From assembly GCA_024704765.1 (NCBI GenBank), contig JAKMXF010000088.1, positions 434,001 through 498,000 on the forward strand: DNA of 64,000 nucleotides, in the 5' to 3' direction. Shown here one piece after another: positions 1 through 12,701 of the stretch. The notes under the pieces are model-generated. The model searched no databases and had not been told where the DNA came from. It saw only the letters and a list, made by a program, of their open reading frames with translations. Positions within the stretch are counted from its first letter, which is position 1. The number at the start of each line of letters is the position of its first letter. Origin of the DNA: Oopsacas minuta. Its lineage: Eukaryota; Animalia; Porifera. Both the position numbers and the translations under genes were made by a program.

Positions 1-150
1 CCAAAAAGTGTAAAAAATTCTACGTTTTTGTGGGAATCGGATGTTCCGTTTCATTAGGCACGTAGCATGTAGGAACAATTCGGTTGACATCCGTTTTTAC
101 GGGTTTCATGCATAATTTACCCAAAGGTTCATCCTTATGATATCATACAG

Positions 151-2258
151 GTACAACCGAACTTAAACTGTGGAGATGATCGTATCTGTATCCCAGATCT
201 GAGTTTAGAAGCTAGCGTTATGCTACCTACCCTCCCTAATGATCCCAGTAGTAGGTATGGTCATATTATTGCTGGAGAGGTTACGGAATTTAATATTAGC
301 GTAGAAGTAAGCAATTCTGGGGAAGATTCGTTTGGTACTACTCTACAACTAATTATACCCAGAGGTATAACTTATAGGATTCTATATGTGGATGATGAGA
401 ACCTTGTTATCGGTTGTAGGAATACTGCTCAGGTAATTTTTATTTGTTAAAGGTAGATGATATTGCTTGTAAAAAACGGTTCCTAACCTGAAGTGGAACC
501 TTAGTGGTCCAAGGAGGATAGCATGGGATCCAGAAAATCTCAAATTTATACTACAGTCTATAGGAGGGGTCCACATAATGTGTTAACATGGGCATAGGAG
601 GTCCACAAGTGAAAAGGTTGGGAATCGCTGATTTATGTTAAGTTCAGACCATATTTGTACAATTTGAGACTTCGATAGAAGCGGGTTTTTCGATATATCC
701 GTGTTACATATAATAGGAGTTGATTGTATTTATTGTAATACTCTCATTTAGCAATTGAAAGATTCAACAACATTATCATGCTCTCCATTGGGTAATCCAT
801 TGAAAGGTAGTGACGAAGATACAGTAAGTTTCAGTGTAGTATTTAATAGCGATAGTTTGAGGGGAAATGAAGAACAAATAGAAATACAGTTAGAAGTGTT
901 AAGTAGTAATCCTGAGGATAATTCTACTAAATTTGATAACAGGAGAAGTGTTAGTATTAATGTGACAGCAACAGCTGATATATCTACTAGTGTGAAGGCT
1001 ACACCAGAAAAGGTGAGAATGATCGTGAACTCTCGTAAATACGAACACCGATTGATATACAGTGGATGCCGGTTATAAGAACACCAATCTAATCACCATC
1101 CTCTGGAAAACTTATCATATATATATTTTGTAATGGTTTTAAGAACATGTAATGGCTACTCCCAAGGGTGTCCTTATAACCTGCATCCACAGTATGTGTA
1201 AATGTTAAATATATGTAGGTGGGGGTCTCTCATTTTTTGGACAGTAATATATTAATCCTGTACTAAATTACTAATTTGGGTCTCATGACTGCTGAACTGG
1301 TATTTCTATTTTTACATTTATTCTGATTCAGCTCGCATTCAATGAATCAACTCAACTCCGTATCAACCATCTCGTTGAAACAGAGAATCAATCAGAAATA
1401 TTTCACAGTGATCTAGGCCCTGAAGTTACATTCCTATTCCTCGTGCATAACAACGGACCAAGTCCTATAATAAATGCATCATTAAATATATATTGGCCGA
1501 TGGGTGTCAAGAATGGAGATAGGATTAATGATAAAGCAGCTAGACATTTCATTTTATACCCAACTAAATACACTTCTGATAAAATACGTTGTGATTCTAC
1601 GTACTTTAATGTAGCTAATTTGAGAGAAACGAAAATAGTAATAGATGAGGAGGATTTAGAGCAAACAGGTAGAAATACACGCTCCATAGATTTGAATGAG
1701 AATAATTTGGAATATAACGAGGATATATTGTTGATGGAACGAGAAAGGAGACAAACATCTATTGAGCCTACGAAATCCAATGTAGTTATAAATACGGATG
1801 TTTCCTGTGTAAATTATCACGATTATTGTGTAACTATAAAATGCAGTATGAGCGATATACCTAGTGGAAATTCATATGAACTATTAATTGCCGCGAAAGT
1901 TTTTGAGCCAACTCTAGCAGTGAACGCTCCTAAATCAATATGGAATATTACAGTGTCGTCAGAAGCGATAATACGAGACACGCATGTAGAGCAACCAGGG
2001 AACGGCGATCCGGATACAGCACAAGTTGCTATCAAGGTAATACCCAGTAGTTTAATTGGGATAAATGAAGGATTCACACAATGGTGGATTATCCTAGTTG
2101 CTATTTTTCTGTTCTTATTAATAATGATACCATCTCTACTTGCGTTATATTTCAGTGGGTTTTTCAAGAAACCTAGATCGAATAAAGCTAAATTGGAGCA
2201 AAGCAGGAGAGAGAATATGGAAGAACTTACGGCAGCTGCTCGCCCAGATTTCTTCTAA
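151..2258 (+). CDS. Integrin alpha chain, paralog 1 (3' part only: thigh/calf, TM and tail; 5' end lies before the window)
   Basis: Exons 151-432, 752-1012 and 1332-2258 have GT-AG ends and join in frame. Cys pair CGDDRICIPDL, a basic site (RERR), a TM helix (WWIILVAIFLFLLIMIPSLLALYF) and GFFKK. Exon phases match paralog 2. Confidence 0.93.
477..630. mobile_element. Putative hAT-like MITE family H (fragments also ~2611-2675, 23275-23351, 24089-24125, 45781-45876)
   Basis: Termini resemble CAGCGGTTCCCAACCT / AGGTTGGGAA(C/T)CGCTG with a GGTCCA-rich body. The 8-bp target duplication was not verified. Confidence 0.55.
646..726. mobile_element. MITE family A fragment
   Basis: gaccatatttgtacaattt..tatccgtgttacatataataggagttgattg, i.e. 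one terminal half. Confidence 0.7.
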
Positions 2259-2836
2259 CCCCCTTACCTTACCTTACCTTACCCTACCCCCCTTCAGGTG
2301 TATATTTTTTATCATTTCTATTCACTTATTTGTACCTTATTAATTCTCACTTATAACTGTTTGTTAGGATAATTATTTATAAATTATACTGTGTTTATAT
2401 TTGTAGTTTTCTAATTGAATATTGTTTGTTTGTATTGTTATTTTTGGGTAAGATATGATGCATTAGTAAACAAAACGTGGCTAAAATGCGTGAATATTAT
2501 CAATTTAACTTGATGGTCACTTTTTTTTTATAATATTGCCCGATAATTGTCACATTATGAAGTTATTGGCGTATTAAGTATGTCTTTTCATTGAGAGTAT
2601 TCCACTATTCCAGCGGTTCCCAACCTGCGGTCCATAGGATCTCAAAATGGTATCTTAGCCTAAGGAACCGGTTCATGCTGAATAAGGAAAACTCTACATA
2701 GGACATTCTTATTGTAGGTATCTGATATCATTATGATTTTGGTAGAATATAGAATTACACAATTTCTCCTACAATTGATAGGCTCCTATTGGAGTATAAT
2801 TGTTAAATATCCTGTAGTAATTTGTTAGTTTTTTCA

Positions 2837-5800
2837 ATGGACATTCGACTGTTATCTCTCTTGCTTGTCTCACTGTGTGGATGGATAACATGTACCAATG
2901 TAGATACAACAGAAGCTGTTTGGTTTAGAGGAGATGAAAGGTCTTATTTCGGTTATTCTGTTAATCTTTATCGCTACAGGAATAAACCTTCTATGAGATA
3001 TGTACTCATAGGAGCTCCAAGGGCTAACGGCTCTGTAGATGTATTTCAAACTGGGAATACTTATAGGTTAGTTCATATTATGTACAATCAACTCCGCTTT
3101 TTATCAAACACGCTAATATCGAAGTCTTAAATTATACAAATATGATCAGTATACAACTTGCTAATAGACCTGCTGAGCTGTATTACGAAAAGTTTTGCAA
3201 TTTTCACTTGTTTACGAACTATATATCTAGATGCGAAGCTCTGAACTCCTCCTCTTGTGTTGAGTTGAATCTCCCTGGCGTAGCTGGTCCTAATGCAATA
3301 AGTGATCAGGGAGAAGCTTCTGATGAAATTGAGGATAAGGCTAACATGTGGATGGGAGGGACTGTTACTAGTAATTATTATACTGGTACTGTTGTTACAT
3401 CCGGTCACAGGTATTGTTTCTGTTGTTATATCATATGGTATTGGATCAAAATATAATGGAAACCTTTATTAGCAACTTGTAATTCCAAAATCCGCCAATC
3501 TTAGCAACTTTTACATAGAAATTGCATAGTCTTTTGTATAGAAATGAGTGCATAGTACTAGCTAATTCACATATTAGCGAGGAAAATTCTTGAGAAATAC
3601 GATTTGCTAATAGGCGGCTTCCACTGTACCCAGAAAATCATGTAGGTATATGATCTCACGCATACATGCGACAAACAAATAAACAAACAAACAAACAAAT
3701 AAACGAACACACAAACTTGAAGAATACACTAGAAATAGTGTTACATAAACACTTGCTTAACAGACTGTATAATTTATGTAAATTTATCCTTTAGATACTT
3801 CTCGATGGATGGAGATGGTAGTGCTAGACACGATCCAATTGGTTTAACCTACATCTTATCAGACCCAGAGAGTGAAGGGGTACAATTACGTTCGTGTGAT
3901 GGAAGCTCCTGTAGTACACGCCGATCTTTCTATGGTATCTGTATGTCTGGATTCTCTACCTTGATTCTAAACGACGGATCACAATTGTACGTATCTGCTA
4001 CAGGGTATAATTATTTTAGGGGTACCCTATTCCGAGGGTTTGAGGATACGAATTGTGGTGATGGGATATTTAGAGAAGAGGTTGATTTCTTCGGATACAT
4101 GGGTTATGCACTTACCTCTGGTAGGATTCTGAATAGTGATGAAGATACTATTGTTTCATCAGGACCAAGGTTAGTTGTTTTTGCCAGATCCTCAAACCGC
4201 CACTGCCCATTATATAACAAGATGTGGCCCCGGGCTATGCAAAATCCTGGGACCGCCCCTGCGTTTAAATCTCAGTGAATTCATGTAGTATCTGAAATCT
4301 AATTTCTGTCATAGATATATTGAAAATGAACAAATAGACAAATGAACTACAGTAAAACCGGATATACTTAATATACCTACCTACCTTAACAAACTAAAAT
4401 GAGTAGAGAAACTTGTTTATAATTTCTATTTCCTTATTATTAGACAAAACAGTCATCTTGGTAACATATTCCTAATCAGTAATGACACAAGTGCGAATCT
4501 TAACACTGTCCTATCACTACACGGTACTACACAGGACTCATACTACGGATTTTCTATGCTAGCAATAGACCTGAATAGAGATGGTATGGATGAATTACTG
4601 GTGTCTGCTCCTATGTTTAGTCTACCTGGAACACCTGAGATAGGACAAGTACTGGTTTATCCAAATATTGGAGTGAGTGATACGTAGTTTCCTGTTGTAG
4701 GGAGTACAGTGTAACTTCCAAAAACGAGGTGCTAGGGGCCGAAAAATGTTACCCTGTTTCTGCCAGATTCCCCATTTGCGTAGATTCATTTATATGGGAC
4801 TAGGAATTCATTTTTTACTCCGTTTCCATAGGCCCAGTTATGGGATTCAATGTATTATTTATGACGTAAGAATCTGGTTGATTTGACAGCAAAATAATGT
4901 GATTCGTATATTAGTATTTGAAGGAAATTCGCTATTTGTCAATATCGTCACTCAAAAAATATTCGAGAAAACGGGGCGTCCCAACTTAAATAGGACAGTA
5001 CATACACATCGAATACTTATATGGTATGCGTTGTTTTGCATTTACCAAATTCTCTATTTAGTCCGGGCTCGGGCCTGCAACAACTGTGATCCAGGACATC
5101 CAGCAAATACCTTACTCACGTTTCGGCACTGCTATAGCTGATCTGGGAGATCTGAACAATGACGGTTATCCAGAGATTGCTATCTCTGCTCCCTACGGAA
5201 ATCAAGCTGGTTCTGTATTCATATACTCAGGGACTCCTCAAGGAATTCTCTCTTCTCAGCCTATTCAGACTATCACTGGAGAAGAAGTAGGTCTGGAGAG
5301 AGGAGCTGCATTCGGCGCATCTGTGTCAGGGAAGCGGGACATAGATGATAACGGATATAACGATATTCTAATCGGGGCATATGTTAATAGCTCTGCTTTC
5401 TTGCTCAGGTTTGCATCCTTACCAACCATTTCTGACTATTTCCCTTGATATTTATTTTGAAATTTCCGGTTTTTCAAAACTTCAAATTTTATAAGCAAAT
5501 AATTGAATTTTTCACAATTTTGTCAGATAACTACGAGAAATATCCAATATTTTCCTTAGATTTAGTAATTTTCCCCTAACTATAATGGATAATATATATG
5601 TACGTACAGTCAATTTCGTTATATCGAAGCTCAAGGGACTGTGATAAATACTTTGATAAAACCGATGGAATTTATATTACTTTGGCGGTTTGGGACCATA
5701 TTTGTACAATTTTACACTTCTATATAAGCTATTATTTCGCTATATCCGTGTTAGATATAACTGTAGTTGGTTGTATAATGTATATATTCCAACTGTAAAA

Positions 5801-8800
5801 CCTTATTTGTGTATTTTCCATCATGATAAGCTCTTGAGTAACTGTTACAGTTTATAAGCAATATTTACTGAATTTTTTTGTATTTCTAGGACTCTACCGG
5901 TAGTAACGATCTCTATTACGCCATCTAGTAACCCTGTATTCGCTGTAATTTCATATGAAGACGCTAGATCTGAAGGACTAACAGCTAACCTAACTATTGA
6001 TGGCAATGCTGAGTCAGAATACATATTTTTTACACTTATACTTCCAATTAGTTATACGTCCCAAAATAGCCCAGATACTATTAGAATTTCCCTTACAATA
6101 AACTCAGATCCTAACTTTCCTACTTCTAGAATATTCTTTGCAAACTCCACAACATCTAGTCGTAGATATCAAGATGAGTTTGTTCTTACTAGAGGTACAG
6201 TATTGTCTGAATCTGTCAGGGTATATATTCGTAATCTGGATACTGAACCTTATACTTTTTCCTTTGAATATTCAGTTATTAACCCAGAACCTCTAGATTT
6301 TAATACTTCTGTGGTTATTTTGAATCCTGGACTCGTCCCTATATTCTCGGTAAGTTTATTAAAAGTATTATTTCTAAAGATTTGCGTGGTTTGCGAATTT
6401 TCTTAATACTATTTGCATAATCGGCATATATCGTGAAACCAATTGGAAATATTGAAAGTCAATTTGACAATGAAAAATCCCGCAAATTTGTATGAGGAGT
6501 TGGTAAATATGTTTCATGTATTATTATCGTTATAAATGAATATTTGAAGATGAGCATTTGCTGACAATCAAATGAATAGACAAATGCAAGAAATATGTCT
6601 TATCCTGTGCCTTACATGGCTACATACATGGATTTATTAATTATTTGACTGTATTTCATAGGTACAACCAGATGTACAATGTGGAAATGGCAGTGTTTGT
6701 ATTCCAGATTTATTTATAACAGCCACACCTATATTCCCAGTCATCATGGGTAGTAATCCTACAGTAAGATATACTGAGATAATAGCTGGAGAAGTTACTG
6801 AATTCTCTATTGATATTACTGTTGGGAACAATAGAGATGATTCATACGGTACTATGATGACACTTACTATTCCTCCTGGTACTTCATTTCGTATTGCTAC
6901 TATTGATAGTGCAGATCTGGTTATTGCCTGCCAGAATCCGAAGGTTTGTATCTTGTATATACAGTGAACTCCCATTATACGAAGTACTCTGACCCCGGTT
7001 TCATCTCGTTATATACGAAATGAAACCGGAAAATTATATATATATCGCATTTATTCTCAATTAAAATTCAATGAAACCGCCACAAACGAGGCCAGTAGAA
7101 ACAGAGGAAAACATAAATAGAGCGACTTCCTAGTCCTATACGAACGAATCTCCACAAATGAGGAAACTGGGTAGTATTTTTGAATAGGAATTGTCTAGTG
7201 TCTCGTATGCCATACAAACTTCAATCCATGCGACCTCGATTATCCGTAGGTTTCTGATATTTAAGTCAACTTCCGTCTTATCGAAGCTCAAGATACTGCG
7301 AAAAAATACTTTCATATAAGTATTCTATTTAATCGATGAGATTTTGTTACTTTGATGGTTTGGGCCATATTTGTACAATTTCAGGTTTCTCTATATAAAT
7401 GGAAGTTCACTGCGACTGTTACGTAATATTTCGTTTAGACTATGAATGGATTCACATCCTTGACATGCTCTCCTCTCGGTCGCCCATTAAGAAAAGGACG
7501 GGATATACAATTCACAGTAGTCCTGGGTGTAGAAGTGCTGAATGGAGATGAAGGTAGTCTGTTAGTGCAGATGAATCTCGTCAATACTAATCCTGATCTT
7601 AACGCTACTCTATTTGATAATTCTGTTAACGTATCTGTTAATGTGACTGCTGTATCAGATATTGGTGTTGGTGTTGAAGTTAGACCTGATAGGGTGAGTT
7701 AATAGGAGGTTTAACATTTGTAAATTGGTTATGAGTCTACGTGGTTCGTATCTTATTTGGAGGAGTGGCATTTGCTCCTTCTGCCTCCCCTCCAGAGATG
7801 TGTGTCTAGCGGATTTCGCGGCTCTAACTGTAAAATCTCGTTAACTGTCATTTTGAAAAAGAATCTCACGGGTTTGTAAGACGCAAAGTTGTCATGTATA
7901 TACCCCCGAGTAAATATCTGACATTCTTCGAAATTGGAAATTTTCTCGTAGGAATTTGGAAAAAATTCAAATATTATCAGATTTAGTGAGACAAATGACT
8001 GAATTTCAATTTTTGCTATTTGAGCGCGAAACGCTCACAGAAATCCTGAATTTCTATCTAATTTTGCGTTGAAGTTGTTAACTGTTTACGAACGAAATTC
8101 GAATGCGGATATTCGTTTCAGCCTAGAAATATCAACAGACAATATTCCCACTTAAACCTCAACATTTTAACATATTAATGTTCTATTCAGCTCGCATTCA
8201 ATGAGACAACAGACCTGCGTTTACAAGATCTAGTAGACGATTCTAACAACACATTCTACACACACTCAAATCTAGGCCCTGAAATCGTATACACAATCAC
8301 TGTACGTAACCTTGGACCTAGTCCAATACTGACTTCTAACCTATTGATCAGATGGCCGGTTGGAATTCGTAGTACAGAAGACCCAGAAGATAACTCATTA
8401 AGAGATTTTTTCCTGTATAAAACTAGGATCAATTCAGCTAATATACAATGTGATTCGTCGTTCGTGAATTTAAGAAATATACAAGCGAGTATCGTGATTA
8501 TCGACGAGGGCGATAATCCTGTGGTTGGAGGGAGGAAGAGACGACGCGACGTGCCTCTAAATGACCGTACGATACCTATATCTGAGTTTAAGAGACATAA
8601 AAGACAGACTGTAGTGCAGGCCGAACCTGATTTCAATACGCATATACGTTTTGCGACAGACTCTCAGTATTATATTGTCGTACTTTGTAGTGTAGGTAGA
8701 ATTAGCGGTGGAATCGAGTATGAATTGCAAATAACGTCACGGGCATTTGAACCTACGCTAGTTATGCACGCGCCTCTGAGCGAATGGACGTTTGGAGTAA

Positions 8801-9102
8801 ACGTAACCAGCTCAATCCTTGACACACATATCACACAACCTGCTGAACATGAAGCTGATTCTGCACATGTCATTGTAACGCTTATACCAAGCAGTATCCT
8901 CGCTGGATCTGATGAATTCACTTTATGGTGGGTAATTGCTGTAGCAATAGTACTATTCATTCTACTATTATTCCCTATATTTCTTGCGTTGTATTTCTTT
9001 GGATTTTTCAAGAAGAATAAAACCCAAAAAGCGAGAGACGATCAGAAGAGGAAATTGTCAGAATGGAACGAACTTCAGAAGGGAAATACACCAAACTTCT
9101 AA
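2837..9102 (+). CDS. Integrin alpha chain, paralog 2 (complete, ~1089 aa, no alpha-I domain)
   Basis: Nine exons: 2837-3066, 3231-3410, 3795-4169, 4444-4672, 5062-5408, 5890-6349, 6662-6943, 7439-7693, 8191-9102. They total 3270 nt with consistent phases. Signal peptide, FG-GAP repeats (YFGYSV..GAP, YYGFSM..SAP, RFGTAI..SAP), Ca-binding loops DLNRDGMDE, DLNNDGYPE and DIDDNGYND, furin-like RKRRR, TM helix and GFFKK. Confidence 0.95.
3671..3706. repeat. (AAAC)n microsatellite; complementary (GTTT)n tracts at 46897-46928 and elsewhere
   Basis: Directly visible. Confidence 0.8.
4707..4852. mobile_element. MITE family B (TIR ~CAGTGTAACCTCCACAAACGG, TA target)
   Basis: Left TIR, core tatgggactaggaattc and tttactccgtttcc. 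Confidence 0.8.
5607..5773. mobile_element. MITE family A (TIR ~CAGTCAACTCCCGTTATATC, TA target)
   Basis: Both TIRs, TA flanks, shared core gggaccatatttgtacaattt. Confidence 0.85.
7075..7180. mobile_element. MITE family B fragment
   Basis: cctagtcc and ctccacaaa motifs. Confidence 0.65.
7263..7395. mobile_element. MITE family A fragment
   Basis: agtcaacttccgtcttatcgaagctcaag..gggccatatttgtacaattt. Confidence 0.7.
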
Positions 9103-9423
9103 CACTGCAAATATTTTCCATGTGTATATAGTCAGATGCTTTGTGATTTGAAAATTTTTGATTTTAACTGAGTTTTAAGTGCTTGTAATTTGTATGTATA
9201 TTTATAGTGTGCTTGTTCTTATTTGCTGTATATTTGCTAGTTGTGAATATTGTCTTTATTTTGAGGTATTGCTTTCTAGCCGTTTAGGGAATTTCGGATT
9301 TATAGGTTTGTTGCATTCTTGAGTCGTGGGGTTGTTGCTAGGGAGATTCCTTCACTTTTTTACATTTCTGGTGTTTAAAGTATACCGTATGTATGCATCA
9401 TGAAAATTCTGCCAACATAATAG

Positions 9424-9603
9424 CAGTCAACTCCCATTATATCGAAGCTCAAGGTACCGAAAAATTATTAGAAGTGAGTTCGATAGAACCGTTGGTATTT
9501 ATGTAACTTTGACGGTTTGGGACCATATTTGTACAATTCAGACTTCTATTTCAACGTGTGTTTCAAACGATATATCCGTGTTCGATATTACTGGAGTTGA
9601 CTC
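9424..9603. mobile_element. MITE family A
   Basis: Both TIRs and the core motif. Confidence 0.85.
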
Positions 9604-9668
9604 TACTTATATTCGGATCTTATTTGTGTTATCATTTATACATTTAATCTGTAAGCAAACATTTGTGA

Positions 9669-10826
9669 ATGACAACAGGAGTTGTAAATCAAGATCAGCA
9701 TTCATTTGATATTTTGCACGCAGTTATAAGCTCAACACTTCAAAAGTTTTACAGCAATACAATTAACTGGGAATACGATGATATATTGTTGGATATTTAT
9801 CGAGAATTTGAAGATAATATAGATAATATTCCAGAATCAATATTCAAGCTACATGGAGGATTAAATACCGAGAAATTCACAGTTTTTCGCGATTTTGCTC
9901 GCCTTGGCCTTATTCTTTATCAGTCAAGTTTCCTCGATTTCTCTTACAATTATGACAAGGATTGGGGTTCGAAATTCGCATCGATCCCTTCAGAAATATA
10001 TTTATTAACAACAATTTCCTTTCATTTATCTAAACTCAGTCAAACAATTCAAAGTTTAGATTATTTCCAAATGATTATCTCGCAACTAAAGTTTGAGATG
10101 TTACTAGTAGCATTTTTGTTAAAACATCCTAGTTCAATTAATATGGCATTTTTGGCTTATAGAGATGAGAATTGTAGTGAGACAGATCAAATATTTAGAC
10201 TCCAAATCCAGGAAATCCTATCAATCAAGCAGGGTGAATTACACCTACATCTTCGCAAGATGTTACGATATTTTAAAAGTAAACGTGTACTCTTACTCTC
10301 ACGATTAATCAATGATTTTCGGGCACTAAATGAGAAGATACTATATGAAGCAATACAAACGTTTTTTTCTCTTGAAACTAATTCATGGACTTTGTCACAT
10401 AAATTCTATGATTTTTGTGTAAATGCTGCGATCGATCCGTTATCAAATGAAGACATGAGTACACACCCAAAAGTGGTAATCGATAGCCTCAATGGATTTT
10501 TGAATAATAACAGTGAGGGGGACTTCGATAGAGAGACTTTAATTAATAATTTTCCATTTTCTAAAGTGCCCTGCTCTGATATTCCAATAGAAGAAGCGAA
10601 TAGAGTTATTTCTAAATATGTAGGACTTGATGAATTGAGTGAATCTTTTTCTCCAGAAGATGATCAGGGTAACTCGTTCAGAGGATTAATCGATTTCTTG
10701 ATTTCGCTCATTGAAAGTTCGGATGATGTTATCTCATTTTTGAGGTTAATGTGTGCTAGAATGCATCCTGCTATTGATTTCTTAGACTACCTTAACCAAT
10801 CTACTGCGTTCCCAAAATGTACTTAA
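9669..10826 (+). CDS. Intronless hypothetical protein, 385 aa, no recognised family
   Basis: A 1158-nt ORF in AT-rich DNA where such lengths are unlikely by chance. ATG start, globular helical-looking composition, candidate acceptor AG at 9654-9655. Confidence 0.7.
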   Translation: MTTGVVNQDQHSFDILHAVISSTLQKFYSNTINWEYDDILLDIYREFEDNIDNIPESIFKLHGGLNTEKFTVFRDFARLGLILYQSSFLDFSYNYDKDWGSKFASIPSEIYLLTTISFHLSKLSQTIQSLDYFQMIISQLKFEMLLVAFLLKHPSSINMAFLAYRDENCSETDQIFRLQIQEILSIKQGELHLHLRKMLRYFKSKRVLLLSRLINDFRALNEKILYEAIQTFFSLETNSWTLSHKFYDFCVNAAIDPLSNEDMSTHPKVVIDSLNGFLNNNSEGDFDRETLINNFPFSKVPCSDIPIEEANRVISKYVGLDELSESFSPEDDQGNSFRGLIDFLISLIESSDDVISFLRLMCARMHPAIDFLDYLNQSTAFPKCT

Positions 10827-11100
10827 ATACATAGAACTAAATATCATTTTTTTGCATTTTCTACTCTATTTTCCAACTGTTCTGGGTTTCCTGGATTATC
10901 CTCGGATATACGTCTTATCTAAGGAAAAACTATTGGATATTTTCGGGTGGAATCGGAGGAAAAGCGTGAATTGCCCTGATTTTTCAAGGAAAATCCCGGG
11001 AAATTTGTATAAGAGGTTGGTAAGTATGCTCTACGTATAAGTATCCTATTCCCATTGACTAAACAATTAAAAGTTCCCTCTCAAATTCTATACAATTAGC

Positions 11101-11123
11101 TATCATTTCTCCCCTGCATTAAG
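11101..11123 (+). promoter_or_regulatory. Candidate (trans-)splice acceptor abutting the TMEM97 ATG
   Basis: tatcatttctcccctgcattAAG|ATG. Confidence 0.55.
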
Positions 11124-11594
11124 ATGCTAGCTCGCTACATAGATTGGGTGTGTATCGTATTCCTTATAATCGCGACTATAATGGCTATAGTCATAGATTT
11201 ACAACCTCTATACCCTGAATCTACTCCTGTTATTAAACACATCCATAAAGCATTCTGTGATGATTACCAAAGCACTCTACTATGCTATGACACACCAGTT
11301 TGGCTACATACCATGACGTATATACAGCTTGTGTTCGTAATCCCTACGTATTTACTTGGGATATATGGAATGATATGTCAGAGAAATTGGGTTAAAGATT
11401 ACATGCTAATGCTCGGCTTCTATTTACTCACAACATCTATTGTGTATATTGTAGAGACCTATTATAATGACAAATCTCCGAAGAAGACATTATTAATTTA
11501 CTCAACTATCCCATTTGTTGTTATCCCTGGTCTTATGGTATTGAGGTTCTTAGCAATTGAATTGCCATACTCTAGCAAAACGAAGACTGAATGA
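11124..11594 (+). CDS. TMEM97: TMEM97/sigma-2 receptor-like EXPERA-domain membrane protein, intronless, 156 aa
   Basis: Four hydrophobic segments. IDLQPLYP ~ MDLQAVLP, TPVWL ~ PPAWF, QLVFVIP ~ ELVFQLP and NWVK..TT ~ KWIR..TT against remembered human TMEM97. C-terminal KxKxx ER-retrieval signal (KTKTE). Confidence 0.8.
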   Translation: MLARYIDWVCIVFLIIATIMAIVIDLQPLYPESTPVIKHIHKAFCDDYQSTLLCYDTPVWLHTMTYIQLVFVIPTYLLGIYGMICQRNWVKDYMLMLGFYLLTTSIVYIVETYYNDKSPKKTLLIYSTIPFVVIPGLMVLRFLAIELPYSSKTKTE

Positions 11595-12024
11595 TACACT
11601 GTATGGCGTATGTATGGTTATATTACGATAAATTCTTACTACACTAGACTCTTATTAAAATTATACAAAATCTATACGCATAACATTATGTGTGTATCTG
11701 TATCGACACAAAAACAAAAAATTGTTACACTTTTTGCTCGACCAGATTTACTAATATGTAATTAATACATATTTATTCATTACATGCATAGTTCTATTAA
11801 AGGAAATCTTATTAATATCGCCTTATGCGAATAGTATTATAATGGGAATTTTATTCGTAAGCAACATATTACAATTCTCCCATGATTTACGCCATTAATG
11901 GGTTTATTCATTTTCGTAGCAACATATTCTGTTGTAAAGTTTATATGTAGAAACATATGCGCTACGAATAAAGAAAGACTCTTATTAATATTTATATAGA
12001 AAATGTAATGAGTATTTGTACGTA

Positions 12025-12115
12025 CAGTAAACTTCCGTTTTAACGAAGTGATTCTTTACCCTCAATAGCTTAAAAGTAATTGATTTAATTCCGCTTATGA
12101 CGAAGTGATTTGTAT
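12025..12115. mobile_element. MITE family D fragment (other copies ~14988-15067 and ~62506-62640)
   Basis: TA|CAGTAAAC start; shared gaagtgattcttt..ccctc.atagctt.aaa.taattgat..tccgctta core at all three loci. Confidence 0.7.
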
Positions 12116-12701
12116 GTATGATTGCGTAGCATAATAGTAATTTGATTTCTCTGTCACAGATTTATTAGTGATATTTTTAATAGAGTTGATTCTGTAAAAA
12201 CGCAGCAAAATGGCTACCTAGTTTGTGTGATAAAATAGGAATGAACATGTTTGTATAGGCTAAGTAAGCTATAAAAGTCTTGACATCGTAAAGATTGAAA
12301 TAGTCCGCTTCAATGATAAATAGAGTGGGTTTCGCTTATAAAGACACCTGTTCTTTTCTTGTTAACTTCACAGTTAAATTTCAATTTAGAGTGAGACTCG
12401 ATTGAAATCTGTGAGACTAGACCAATTTCAAAGTAGACCTTTGAAAAGTAAACCTTTTTATTTCAGTATGATATTCAGAATAGGATCTACGTGATCACAT
12501 TTTATCTTATCCCATGATTGTATTGTATATTCATTGATTAGCCACAGAAGTATCTCTAATTACTATTTCCCATATCTACTCAATTCTTGGTTCTTATACT
12601 CTCATTCTATTTTGTGTTTTATATAAATTCATATATTTTGTTGCAATTTCAATAATTTTGACTAGTTTTATGCTTTGAAGTAAGAATTTTGACTTTTATC
12701 G

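Noticed and set aside
2259-2290. (CCTTA)n run after the integrin 1 stop, telomere-like at first sight
   Set aside because: Its complement is TAAGG, not TTAGG or TTAGGG; only a short microsatellite.
1403-9011. Minus-strand ORFs 1403-1780, 1823-2167, 3127-3408, 6637-6975, 8256-8636 and 8670-9011
   Set aside because: Antisense shadows of integrin exons with no independent homology.
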